Position numbers and translations under genes: made by a program. A model generated the notes under the pieces. The model was given only the letters and a program-made list of their open reading frames with translations, had not been told where the DNA came from and made no database searches. A stretch of 64,000 bases of DNA, from the NCBI GenBank assembly GCA_032718475.1, contig JAUCBJ010000367.1:27922-91921 (forward strand). The letters run 5' to 3'. Shown here in pieces: positions 15,001 through 30,000 of this stretch (positions are counted from its first letter, which is position 1; each line of letters begins with the position of its first letter). The DNA comes from Nemertoderma westbladi (taxonomy: Eukaryota; Animalia; Xenacoelomorpha).

Positions 15001-18000
15001 TAGATATTCAACTAGAGATGCACTCGGGAGACGGGAGGTAGATATTCAACTAGAGATACACTCGGGAATCGGGAGATGGGAGGTAGATATTCAACTAGAG
15101 ATACACTCGGGAATTGGGAGAAGGGAGGTAGATATTCAACTAGAGATGCACTCGGGAGACGGGAGACGGGAGGTAGATATTCAACTAGAGATACACTCGG
15201 GAATCGGGAGATGGGAGGTAGATATTCAACTAGAGATACACTCGGGAATTGGGAGAAGGGAGGTAGATATTCAACTAGAGATACACTCGGGAGATGGGAG
15301 GTAGATATTCAACTAGAGATGCACTCGGGAATCGGGAGATGGGAGGTAGATATTCAACTAGAGATGCACTCGGGAATCGGGAGATGGGAGGTAGATATTC
15401 AACTAGAGATACACTCGGGAATTGGGAGAAGGGAGGTAGATATTCAACTAGAGATGCACTCGGGAGACGGGAGGTAGATATTCAACTAGAGATACACTCG
15501 GGAGACGGGAGGTAGATATTCAACTAGAGATACACTCGGGAATCGGGAGATGGGAGGTAGATATTCAACTAGAGATACACTCGGGAATTGGGAGAAGGGA
15601 GGTAGATATTCAACTAGAGATGCACTCGGGAGACGGGAGATGGGAGGTAGATATTCAACTAGAGATACACTCGGGAGATGGGAGGTAGATATTCAACTAG
15701 AGATACACTCGGGAATCGGGAGATGGGAGGTAGATATTCAACTAGAGATACACTCGGGAATTGGGAGATGGGAGGTAGATATTCAACTAGAGATACACTC
15801 GGGAGATGGGAGGTAGATATTCAACTAGAGATACACTCGGGAATCGGGAGATGGGAGGTAGATATTCAACTAGAGATACACTCGGGAATTGGGAGATGGG
15901 AGGTAGATATTCAACTAGAGATACACTCGGGAGATGGGAGGTAGATATTCAACTAGAGATGCACTCGGGAATCGGGAGATGGGAGGTAGATATTCAACTA
16001 GAGATACACTCGGGAATTGGGAGATGGGAGGTAGATATTCAACTAGAGATACACTCGGGAGATGGGAGGTAGATATTCAACTAGAGATGCACTCGGGAAT
16101 CGGGAGATGGGAGGTAGATATTCAACTAGAGATGCACTCGGGAATCGGGAGATGGGAGGTAGATATTCAACTAGAGATGCACTCGGGAGACGGGAGACGG
16201 GAGGTAGATATTCAACTAGAGATACACTCGGGAATCGGGAGATGGGAGGTAGATATTCAACTAGAGATACACTCGGGAATTGGGAGAAGGGAGGTAGATA
16301 TTCAACTAGAGATACACTCGGGAGATGGGAGGTAGATATTCAACTAGAGATGCACTCGGGAGATGGGAGGTAGATATTCAACTAGAGATGCACTCGGGAA
16401 TCGGGAGATGGGAGGTAGATATTCAACTAGAGATACACTCGGGAATCGGGAGATGGGAGGTATATATTCAACTAGAGATACACTCGGGAGACGGGAGACG
16501 GGAGGTAGATATTCAACTAGAGATACACTCGGGAATCGGGAGATGGGAGGTAGATATTCAACTAGAGATACACTCGGGAATTGGGAGAAGGGAGGTAGAT
16601 ATTCAACTAGAGATGCACTCGGGAATCGGGAGATGGGAGGTAGATATTCAACTAGAGATACACTCGGGAATTGGGAGAAGGGAGGTAGATATTCAACTAG
16701 AGATACACTCGGGAATTGGGAGACGGGAGGTAGATATTCAACTAGAGATACACTCGGGAATCAGGAGACGGGAGGTAGATATTCAACTAGAGATACACTC
16801 GGGAATTGGGAGAAGGGAGGTAGATATTCAACTAGAGATACACTCGGGAATCGGGAGGTAGATATTCAACTAGAGATACACTCGGGAATTGGGAGAAGGG
16901 AGGTAGATATTCAACTAGAGATGCACTCGGGAGACGGGAGATGGGAGGTAGATATTCAACTAGAGATACACTCGGGAGATGGGAGGTAGATATTCAACTA
17001 GAGATACACTCGGGAATCGGGAGATGGGAGGTAGATATTCAACTAGAGATGCACTCGGGAGACGGGAGATGGGAGGTAGATATTCAACTAGAGATACACT
17101 CGGGAGATGGGAGGTAGATATTCAACTAGAGATACACTCGGGAATTGGGAGAAGGGAGGTAGATATTCAACTAGAGATGCACTCGGGAGACGGGAGATGG
17201 GAGGTAGATATTCAACTAGAGATACACTCGGGAATCGGGAGATGGGAGGTAGATATTCAACTAGAGATGCACTCGGGAGACGGGAGATGGGAGGTAGATA
17301 TTCAACTAGAGATACACTCGGGAGATGGGAGGTAGATATTCAACTAGAGATACACTCGGGAATCGGGAGATGGGAGGTAGATATTCAACTAGAGATGCAC
17401 TCGGGAGACGGGAGATGGGAGGTAGATATTCAACTAGAGATACACTCGGGAGATGGGAGGTAGATATTCAACTAGAGATACACTCGGGAATTGGGAGAAG
17501 GGAGGTAGATATTCAACTAGAGATGCACTCGGGAGACGGGAGATGGGAGGTAGATATTCAACTAGAGATACACTCGGGAATCGGGAGATGGGAGGTAGAT
17601 ATTCAACTAGAGATGCACTCGGGAGACGGGAGATGGGAGGTAGATATTCAACTAGAGATACACTCGGGAGATGGGAGGTAGATATTCAACTAGAGATACA
17701 CTCGGGAATCGGGAGATGGGAGGTAGATATTCAACTAGAGATACACTCGGGAATCGGGAGATGGGAGGTAGATATTCAACTAGAGATACACTCGGGAATC
17801 GGGAGATGGGAGGTAGATATTCAACTAGAGATGCACTCGGGAGACGGGAGATGGGAGGTAGATATTCAACTAGAGATACACTCGGGAGATGGGAGGTAGA
17901 TATTCAACTAGAGATACACTCGGGAATCGGGAGATGGGAGGTAGATATTCAACTAGAGATACACTCGGGAATCGGGAGATGGGAGGTAGATATTCAACTA

Positions 18001-21000
18001 GAGATGCACTCGGGAGACGGGAGATGGGAGGTAGATATTCAACTAGAGATACACTCGGGAATCGGGAGATGGGAGGTAGATATTCAACTAGAGATACACT
18101 CGGGAATCGGGAGATGGGAGGTAGATATTCAACTAGAGATGCACTCGGGAGACGGGAGATGGGAGGTAGATATTCAACTAGAGATACACTCGGGAGATGG
18201 GAGGTAGATATTCAACTAGAGATACACTCGGGAATCGGGAGATGGGAGGTAGATATTCAACTAGAGATACACTCGGGAATCGGGAGATGGGAGGTAGATA
18301 TTCAACTAGAGATGCACTCGGGAGACGGGAGATGGGAGGTAGATATTCAACTAGAGATACACTCGGGAATCGGGAGATGGGAGGTAGATATTCAACTAGA
18401 GATACACTCGGGAATCGGGAGATGGGAGGTAGATATTCAACTAGAGATGCACTCGGGAGACGGGAGATGGGAGGTAGATATTCAACTAGAGATACACTCG
18501 GGAGACGGGAGATGGGAGGTAGATATTCAACTAGAGATACACTCGGGAGACGGGAGACGGGAGGTAGATATTCAACTAGAGATACACTCGGGAATCGGGA
18601 GATGGGAGGTAGATATTCAACTAGAGATACACTCGGGAATCAGAAGACGGGAGGTAGATATTCAACTAGAGATACACTCGGGAATCGGGAGATGGGAGGT
18701 ATATATTCAACTAGAGATACACTCGGGAATTGGGAGAAGGGAGGTAGATATTCAACTAGAGATGCACTCGGGAGACGGGAGGTAGATATTCAACTAGAGA
18801 TACACTCGGGAGATGGGAGGTAGATATTCAACTAGAGATGCACTCGGGAATTGGGAGAAGGGAGGTAGATATTCAACTAGAGATGCACTCGGGAGACGGG
18901 AGGTAGATATTCAACTAGAGATACACTCGGGAATTGGGAGACGGGAGGTAGATATTCAACTAGAGATACACTCGGGAGATGGGAGGTAGATATTCAACTA
19001 GAGATACACTCGGGAATTGGGAGAAGGGAGGTAGATATTCAACTAGAGATGCACTCGGGAGACGGGAGGTAGATATTCAACTAGAGATGCACTCGGGAAT
19101 TGGGAGAAGGGAGGTAGATATTCAACTAGAGATACACTCGGGAGATGGGAGGTAGATATTCAACTAGAGATACACTCGGGAATTGGGAGAAGGGAGGTAG
19201 ATATTCAACTAGAGATGCACTCGGGAATTGGGAGAAGGGAGGTAGATATTCAACTAGAGATGCACTCGGGAGACGGGAGGTAGATATTCAACTAGAGATG
19301 CACTCGGGAATTGGGAGAAGGGAGGTAGATATTCAACTAGAGATACACTCGGGAGATGGGAGGTAGATATTCAACTAGAGATACACTCGGGAATTGGGAG
19401 AAGGGAGGTAGATATTCAACTAGAGATGCACTCGGGAATTGGGAGAAGGGAGGTAGATATTCAACTAGAGATGCACTCGGGAATCGGGAGATGGGAGGTA
19501 GATATTCAACTAGAGATACACTCGGGAATTGGGAGACGGGAGGTAGATATTCAACTAGAGATACACTCAGGAGATGGGAGGTATATATTCAACTAGAGAT
19601 GCACTCGGGAATTGGGAGAAGGGAGGTAGATATTCAACTAGAGATACACTCGGGAGACGGGAGGTAGATATTCAACTAGAGATACACTCGGGAGATGGGA
19701 GGTAGATATTCAACTAGAGATGCACTCGGGAATTGGGAGAAGGGAGGTAGATATTCAACTAGAGATACACTCGGGAGACGGGAGGTAGATATTCAACTAG
19801 AGATGCACTCGGGAATTGGGAGAAGGGAGGTAGATATTCAACTAGAGATACACTCGGGAGACGGGAGATGGGAGGTAGATATTCAACTAGAGATACACTC
19901 GGGAGACGGGAGGTAGATATTCAACTAGAGATGCACTCGGGAATTGGGAGAAGGGAGGTAGATATTCAACTAGAGATACACTCGGGAGACGGGAGATGGG
20001 AGGTAGATATTCAACTAGAGATACACTCGGGAATTGGGAGAAGGGAGGTAGATATTCAACTAGAGATACACTCGGGAGACGGGAGATGGGAGGTAGATAT
20101 TCAACTAGAGATACACTCGGGAATCGGGAGAAGGGAGGTAGATATTCAACTAGAGATACACTCGGGAATTGGGAGAAGGGAGGTAGATATTCAACTAGAG
20201 ATGCACTCGGGAATTGGGAGAAGGGAGGTAGATATTCAACTAGAGATACACTCGGGAATCGGGAGACGGGAGGTAGATATTCAACTAGAGATGCACTCGG
20301 GAGACGGGAGGTATATATTCAAATAGAGATACACTCGGGAATCGGGAGATGGGAGGTAGATATTCAACTAGAGATACACTCGGGAATTGGGAGAAGGGAG
20401 GTAGATATTCAACTAGAGATGCACTCGGGAATCGGGAGATGGGAGGTAGATATTCAACTAGAGATACACTCGGGAATTGGGAGAAGGGAGGTAGATATTC
20501 AACTAGAGATGCACTCGGGAATTGGGAGAAGGGAGGTAGATATTCAACTAGAGATGCACTCGGGAGATGGGAGGTAGATATTCAACTAGAGATACACTCG
20601 GGAATTGGGAGAAGGGAGGTAGATATTCAACTAGAGATGCACTCGGGAATCGGGAGATGGGAGGTAGATATTCAACTAGAGATACACTCGGGAGATGGGA
20701 GGTAGATATTCAACTAGAGATACACTCGGGAATTGGGAGAAGGGAGGTAGATATTCAACTAGAGATACACTCGGGAGATGGGAGGTAGATATTCAACTAG
20801 ATATACACTCGGGAATCGGGAGATGGGAGGTAGATATTCAACTAGAGATACACTCGGGAATTGGGAGAAGGGAGGTAGATATTCAACTAGAGATGCACTC
20901 GGGAATTGGGAGAAGGGAGGTAGATATTCAACTAGAGATACACTCGGGAATCGGGAGATGGGAGGTAGATATTCAACTAGAGATACACTCGGGAATTGGG

Positions 21001-24000
21001 AGAAGGGAGGTAGATATTCAACTAGAGATGCACTCGGGAATCGGGAGATGGGAGGTAGATATTCAACTAGAGATACACTCGGGAATTGGGAGAAGGGAGG
21101 TAGATATTCAACTAGAGATACACTCGGGAATTGGGAGAAGGGAGGTAGATATTCAACTAGAGATGCACTCGGGAATCGGGAGATGGGAGGTAGATATTCA
21201 ACTAGAGATACACTCGGGAATTGGGAGAAGGGAGGTAGATATTCAACTAGAGATGCACTCGGGAATCGGGAGATGGGAGGTAGATATTCAACTAGAGATA
21301 CACTCGGGAATTGGGAGAAGGGAGGTAGATATTCAACTAGAGATGCACTCGGGAGACGGGAGGTAGATATTCAACTAGAGATACACTCGGGAATTGGGAG
21401 AAGGGAGGTAGATATTCAACTAGAGATGCACTCGGGAGACGGGAGGTAGATATTCAACTAGAGATACACTCGGGAATTGGGAGAAGGGAGGTAGATATTC
21501 AACTAGAGATGCACTCGGGAATCGGGAGATGGGAGGTAGATATTCAACTAGAGATACACTCGGGAATTGGGAGAAGGGAGGTAGATATTCAACTAGAGAT
21601 GCACTCGGGAATCGGGAGATGGGAGGTAGATATTCAACTAGAGATACACTCGGGAATCGGGAGACGGGAGGTAGATATTCAACTAGAGATGCACTCGGGA
21701 ATCGGGAGATGGGAGGTAGATATTCAACTAGAGATACACTCGGGAATCGGGAGATGGGAGGTAGATATTCAACTAGAGATACACTCGGGAATTGGGAGAA
21801 GGGAGGTAGATATTCAACTAGAGATACACTCGGGAATTGGGAGACGGGAGGTAGATATTCAACTAGAGATACACTCGGGAGATGGGAGGTAGATATTCAA
21901 CTAGAGATACACTCGGGAATCGGGAGATGGGAGGTAGATATTCAACTAGAGATACACTCGGGAATTGGGAGACGGGAGGTAGATATTCAACTAGAGATAC
22001 ACTCGGGAGATGGGAGGTAGATATTCAACTAGAGATACACTCGGGAATCGGGAGATGGGAGGTAGATATTCAACTAGAGATACACTCGGGAATTGGGAGA
22101 AGGGAGGTAGATATTCAACTAGAGATGCACTCGGGAGACGGGAGGTAGATATTCAACTAGAGATACACTCGGGAATCGGGAGATGGGAGGTAGATATTCA
22201 ACTAGAGATACACTCGGGAATCGGGAGACGGGAGGTAGATATTCAACTAGAGATACACTCGGGAATCGGGAGATGGGAGGTAGATATTCAACTAGAGATA
22301 CACTCGGGAATTGGGAGAAGGGAGGTAGATATTCAACTAGAGATGCACTCGGGAGACGGGAGGTAGATATTCAACTAGAGATACACTCGGGAATTGGGAG
22401 AAGGGAGGTAGATATTCAACTAGAGATGCACTCGGGAATCGGGAGATGGGAGGTAGATATTCAACTAGAGATACACTCGGGAATTGGGAGAAGGGAGGTA
22501 GATATTCAACTAGAGATACACTCGGGAATCGGGAGATGGGAGGTAGATATTCAACTAGAGATACACTCGGGAATTGGGAGAAGGGAGGTAGATATTCAAC
22601 TAGAGATACACTCGGGAATTGGGAGAAGGGAGGTAGATATTCAACTAGAGATGCACTCGGGAATTGGGAGAAGGGAGGTAGATATTCAACTAGAGATGCA
22701 CTCGGGAATCGGGAGATGGGAGGTAGATATTCAACTAGAGATACACTCGGGAATTGGGAGAAGGGAGGTAGATATTCAACTAGAGATACACTCGGGAATT
22801 GGGAGAAGGGAGGTAGATATTCAACTAGAGATGCACTCGGGAATCGGGAGATGGGAGGTAGATATTCAACTAGAGATACACTCGGGAATTGGGAGAAGGG
22901 AGGTAGATATTCAACTAGAGATACACTCGGGAATTGGGAGATGGGAGGTAGATATTCAACTAGAGATACACTCGGGAATCAGAAGACGGGAGGTAGATAT
23001 TCAACTAGAGATACACTCGGGAGACGGGAGACGGGAGGTAGATATTCAACTAGAGATACACTCGGGAATCGGGAGATGGGAGGTAGATATTCAACTAGAG
23101 ATACACTCGGGAATCAGAAGACGGGAGGTAGATATTCAACTAGAGATACACTCGGGAATCGGGAGATGGGAGGTATATATTCAACTAGAGATACACTCGG
23201 GAATTGGGAGAAGGGAGGTAGATATTCAACTAGAGATGCACTCGGGAGACGGGAGGTAGATATTCAACTAGAGATACACTCGGGAGATGGGAGGTAGATA
23301 TTCAACTAGAGATACACTCGGGAGATGGGAGGTAGATATTCAACTAGAGATACACTCGGGAATTGGGAGAAGGGAGGTAGATATTCAACTAGAGATGCAC
23401 TCGGGAATCGGGAGATGGGAGGTAGATATTCAACTAGAGATACACTCGGGAATCGGGAGATGGGAGGTAGATATTCAACTAGAGATACACTCGGGAGATG
23501 GGAGGTAGATATTCAACTAGAGATACACTCGGGAATTGGGAGAAGGGAGGTAGATATTCAACTAGAGATACACTCGGGAATCGGGAGATGGGGGGTAGAT
23601 ATTCAACTAGAGATACACTCGGGAATCGGGAGATGGGAGGTAGATATTCAACTAGAGATGCACTCGGGAATCGGGAGATGGGAGGTAGATATTCAACTAG
23701 AGATGCACTCGGGAGACGGGAGGTAGATATTCAACTAGAGATACACTCGGGAATCGGGAGAAGGGAGGTAGATATTCAACTAGAGATACACTCGGGAATC
23801 GGGAGAAGGGAGGTAGATATTCAACTAGAGATACACTCGGGAATCGGGAGATGGGAGGTAGATATTCAACTAGAGATACACTCGGGAATTGGGAGAAGGG
23901 AGGTAGATATTCAACTAGAGATGCACTCGGGAATCGGGAGATGGGAGGTAGATATTCAACTAGAGATGCACTCGGGAATCGGGAGATGGGAGGTAGATAT

Positions 24001-27000
24001 TCAACTAGAGATACACTCGGGAATTGGGAGAAGGGAGGTAGATATTCAACTAGAGATGCACTCGGGAATCGGGAGATGGGAGGTAGATATTCAACTAGAG
24101 ATGCACTCGGGAGACGGGAGGTAGATATTCAACTAGAGATGCACTCGGGAATCGGGAGATGGGAGGTAGATATTCAACTAGAGATGCACTCGGGAGACGG
24201 GAGGTAGATATTCAACTAGAGATACACTCGGGAATTGGGAGAAGGGAGGTAGATATTCAACTAGAGATGCACTCGGGAATCGGGAGATGGGAGGTAGATA
24301 TTCAACTAGAGATGCACTCGGGAATCGGGAGATGGGAGGTAGATATTCAACTAGAGATGCACTCGGGAGACGGGAGGTAGATATTCAACTAGAGATGCAC
24401 TCGGGAATCGGGAGATGGGAGGTAGATATTCAACTAGAGATGCACTCGGGAGACGGGAGATGGGAGGTAGATATTCAACTAGAGATGCACTCGGGAATCG
24501 GGAGATGGGAGGTAGATATTCAACTAGAGATACACTCGGGAATTGGGAGAAGGGAGGTAGATATTCAACTAGAGATGCACTCGGGAGACGGGAGATAGAT
24601 ATTCAACTAGAGATACACTCGGGAATTGGGAGAAGGGAGGTAGATATTCAACTAGAGATGCACTCGGGAGACGGGAGGTAGATATTCAACTAGAGATACA
24701 CTCGGGAATTGGGAGAAGGGAGGTAGATATTCAACTAGAGATACACTCGGGAATTGGGAGACGGGAGGTAGATATTCAACTAGAGATACACTCGGGAATC
24801 GGGAGATGGGAGGTAGATATTCAACTAGAGATGCACTCGGGAATCGGGAGATGGGAGGTAGATATTCAACTAGAGATGCACTCGGGAATCGGGAGATGGG
24901 AGGTAGATATTCAACTAGAGATGCACTCGGGAGACGGGAGGTAGATATTCAACTAGAGATGCACTCGGGAATCGGGAGATGGGAGGTAGATATTCAACTA
25001 GAGATGCACTCGGGAGACGGGAGATGGGAGGTAGATATTCAACTAGAGATGCACTCGGGAATCGGGAGATGGGAGGTAGATATTCAACTAGAGATGCACT
25101 CGGGAATCGGGAGATGGGAGGTAGATATTCAACTAGAGATGCACTCGGGAATCGGGAGATGGGAGGTAGATATTCAACTAGAGATGCACTCGGGAGACGG
25201 GAGGTAGATATTCAACTAGAGATGCACTCGGGAATCGGGAGATGGGAGGTAGATATTCAACTAGAGATGCACTCGGGAGACGGGAGATGGGAGGTAGATA
25301 TTCAACTAGAGATGCACTCGGGAATCGGGAGATGGGAGGTAGATATTCAACTAGAGATACACTCGGGAATTGGGAGAAGGGAGGTAGATATTCAACTAGA
25401 GATGCACTCGGGAGACGGGAGATAGATATTCAACTAGAGATGCACTCGGGAATCGGGAGATGGGAGGTAGATATTCAACTAGAGATGCACTCGGGAATCG
25501 GGAGATGGGAGGTAGATATTCAACTAGAGATGCACTCGGGAGACGGGAGATGGGAGGTAGATATTCAACTAGAGATGCACTCGGGAGACGGGAGATGGGA
25601 GGTAGATATTCAACTAGAGATGCACTCGGGAGACGGGAGATGGGAGGTAGATATTCAACTAGAGATGCACTCGGGAGACGGGAGATGGGAGGTAGATATT
25701 CAACTAGAGATGCACTCGGGAATCGGGAGATGGGAGGTAGATATTCAACTAGAGATGCACTCGGGAATCGGGAGATGGGAGGTAGATATTCAACTAGAGA
25801 TGCACTCGGGAATCGGGAGATGGGAGGTAGATATTCAACTAGAGATGCACTCGGGAGACGGGAGGTAGATATTCAACTAGAGATGCACTCGGGAATCGGG
25901 AGATGGGAGGTAGATATTCAACTAGAGATGCACTCGGGAGACGGGAGATGGGAGGTAGATATTCAACTAGAGATGCACTCGGGAATCGGGAGATGGGAGG
26001 TAGATATTCAACTAGAGATACACTCGGGAATTGGGAGAAGGGAGGTAGATATTCAACTAGAGATGCACTCGGGAGACGGGAGATAGATATTCAACTAGAG
26101 ATGCACTCGGGAATCGGGAGATGGGAGGTAGATATTCAACTAGAGATGCACTCGGGAATCGGGAGATGGGAGGTAGATATTCAACTAGAGATGCACTCGG
26201 GAATCGGGAGATGGGAGGTAGATATTCAACTAGAGATGCACTCGGGAGACGGGAGGTAGATATTCAACTAGAGATGCACTCGGGAATCGGGAGATGGGAG
26301 GTAGATATTCAACTAGAGATGCACTCGGGAGACGGGAGATGGGAGGTAGATATTCAACTAGAGATGCACTCGGGAATCGGGAGATGGGAGGTAGATATTC
26401 AACTAGAGATACACTCGGGAATTGGGAGAAGGGAGGTAGATATTCAACTAGAGATGCACTCGGGAGACGGGAGATAGATATTCAACTAGAGATACACTCG
26501 GGAATTGGGAGACGGGAGATAGATATTCAACTAGAGATACACTCGGGAATTGGGAGAAGGGAGGTAGATATTCAACTAGAGATACACTCGGGAATTGGGA
26601 GAAGGGAGGTAGATATTCAACTAGAGATGCACTCGGGAATCGGGAGATGGGAGGTAGATATTCAACTAGAGATACACTCGGGAATCGGAGATGGGAGGTA
26701 GATATTCAACTAGAGATACACTCGGGAATCGGGAGACGGGAGGTAGATATTCAACTAGAGATACACTCGGGAATCGGGAGATGGGAGGTAGATATTCAAC
26801 TAGAGATGCACTCGGGAATCGGGAGATGGGAGGTAGATATTCAATTAGAGATACACTCGGGAATCAGGAGATGGGAGGTAGATATTCAACTAGAGATACA
26901 CTCGGGAATTGGGAGAAGGGAGGTAGATATTCAACTAGAGATACACTCGGGAATTGGGAGAAGGGAGTAGATATTCAACTAGAGATACACTCGGGAATTG

Positions 27001-30000
27001 GGAGAAGGGAGGTAGATATTCAACTAGAGATGCACTCGGGAATCAGAAGACGGGAGGTAGATATTCAACTAGAGATACACTCGGGAATCGGGAGATGGGA
27101 GGTAGATATTCAACTAGAGATACACTCGGGAATCGGGAGATGGGAGGTAGATATTCAACTAGAGATACACTCGGGAACGGGGATGGGAGGTAGATATTCA
27201 ACTAGAGATACACTCGGGAATCGGGAGATGGGAGGTAGATATTCAACTAGAGATACACTCGGGAATCGGGAGAGGGGAGGTAGATATTCAACTAGAGATG
27301 CACTCGGGAATCGGGAGATGGGAGGTAGATATTCAACTAGAGATGCACTCGGGAACGGGAGATGGGAGGTAGATATTCAACTAGAGATACACTCGGGAAT
27401 CGGGAGATGGGAGGTAGATATTCAACTAGAGATACACTCGGGAATCGGGAGAGGGGAGGTAGATATTCAACTAGAGATACACTCGGGAATCGGGAGATGG
27501 GAGGTAGATATTCAACTAGAGATACACTCGGGAATCGGGAGAGGGAGGTAGATATTCAACTAGAGATACACTCGGGAATCGGGAGATGGGAGGTAGATAT
27601 TCAACTAGAGATACACTCGGGAATCGGGAGATGGGAGGTAGATATTCAACTAGAGATACACTCGGGAATCGGGAGATGGGAGGTAGATATTCAACTAGAG
27701 ATACACTCGGGAATTGGGAGATGGGAGGTAGATATTCAACTAGAGATACACTCGGGAATCGGGAGATGGGAGGTAGATATTCAACTAGAGATACACTCGG
27801 GAATCGGGAGATGGGAGGTAGATATTCAACTAGAGATACACTCGGGAATTGGGAGACGGGAGGTAGATATTCAACTAGAGATACACTCGGGAATCGGGAG
27901 ATGGGAGGTAGATATTCAACTAGAGATACACTCGGGAATCGGGAGATGGGAGGTAGATATTCAACTAGAGATACACTCGGAATGGGAGACGGGAGGTAGA
28001 TATTCAACTAGAGATACACTCGGGAGACGGGAGGTAGATATTCAACTAGAGATACACTCGGGAATCGGGAGATGGGAGGTAGATATTCAACTAGAGATAC
28101 ACTCGGGAATCGGGAGATGGGAGGTAGATATTCAACTAGAGATACACTCGGGAATCGGGAGATGGGAGGTAGATATTCAACTAGAGATACACTCGGGAAT
28201 GGAGACGGGAGGTAGATATTCAACTAGAGATACACTCGGGAATCGGGAGATGGGAGGTAGATATTCAACTAGAGATACACTCGGGAATCGGGAGATGGGA
28301 GGTAGATATTCAACTAGAGATACACTCGGGAGATGGGAGGTAGATATTCAACTAGAGATACACTCGGGAATCGGGAGATGGGAGGTATATATTCAACTAG
28401 CGATACACTCGGGAATCGGGAGATGGGAGATAGATATTCAACTAGAGATACACTCGGGAGAGGGAGGTAGATATTCAACTAGAGATACACTCGGGAGATG
28501 GGAGGTAGATATTCAACTAGAGATACACTCGGGAATCGGGAGATGGGAGGTAGATATTCAACTAGAGATACACTCGGGAATCGGGAGACGGGAGGTAGAT
28601 ATTCAACTAGAGATACACTCGGGAGATGGGAGGTAGATATTCAACTAGAGATACACTCGGGAATCGGGAGATGGGAGGTAGATATTCAACTAGAGATACA
28701 CTCGGGAATCGGGAGAGGGAGGTAGATATTCAACTAGAGATACACTCGGGAATCGGGAGATGGGAGGTAGATATTCAACTAGAGATACACTCGGGAATCG
28801 GGAGATGGGAGGTAGATATTCAACTAGAGATACACTCGGGAATCGGGAGACGGGAGGTAGATATTCAACTAGAGATACACTCGGGAATCAGAAGACGGGA
28901 GGTAGATATTCAACTAGAGATACACTCGGGAATCGGGAGATGGGAGGTAGATATTCAACTAGAGATACACTCGGGAATCGGGAGATGGGAGGTAGATATT
29001 CAACTAGAGATACACTCGGGAATAGGGAGATGGGAGGTATATATTCAACTAGCGATACACTCGGGAATCAGAAGACAGGAGGTAGATATTCAACTAGAGA
29101 TACACTCGGGAATCGGGAGGTAGATATTCAACTAGAGATACACTCGGGAATCGGGAGATGGGAGGTAGATATTCAACTAGAGATACACTCGGGAATCGGG
29201 AGATGGGAGGTAGATATTCAACTAGAGATACACTCGGGAGATGGGAGGTAGATATTCAACTAGAGATACACTCGGGAATCGGGAGATGGGAGGTATATAT
29301 TCAACTAGCGATACACTCGGGAATCGGGAGATGGGAGATAGATATTCAACTAGAGATACACTCGGGAATCGGGAGATGGGAGGTATATATTCAACTAGCG
29401 ATGCACTCGGGAATCGGGAGATGGGAGATAGATATTCAACTAGAGATACACTCGGGAATCGGGAGATGGGGAGGTAGATATTCAACTAGAGATACACTCG
29501 GGAATCGGGAGGTAGATATTCAACTAGAGATACACTCGGGAATCGGGAGATGGGAGGTAGATATTCAACTAGAGATACACTCGGGAGACGGGAGGTAGAT
29601 ATTCAACTAGAGATACACTCGGGAGACGGGAGATGGTAGGTAGATATTCAACTAGAGATACACTCGGGAGATGGGAGGTAGATATTCAACTAGAGATACA
29701 CTCGGGAATCGGGAGATGGGAGGTAGATATTCAACTAGAGATACACTCGGGAATCGGGAGGTAGATATTCAACTAGAGATACACTCGGGAATCGGGAGAT
29801 GGGAGGTAGATATTCAACTAGAGATACACTCGGGAATCGGGAGATGGGAGGTAGATATTCAACTAGAGATACACTCGGGAATCGGGAGATGGGAGGTAGA
29901 TATTCAACTAGAGATACACTCGGGAATCGGGAGATGGGAGGTAGATATTCAACTAGCGATACACTCGGGAGACGGGAGATGGGAGGTAGATATTCAACTA

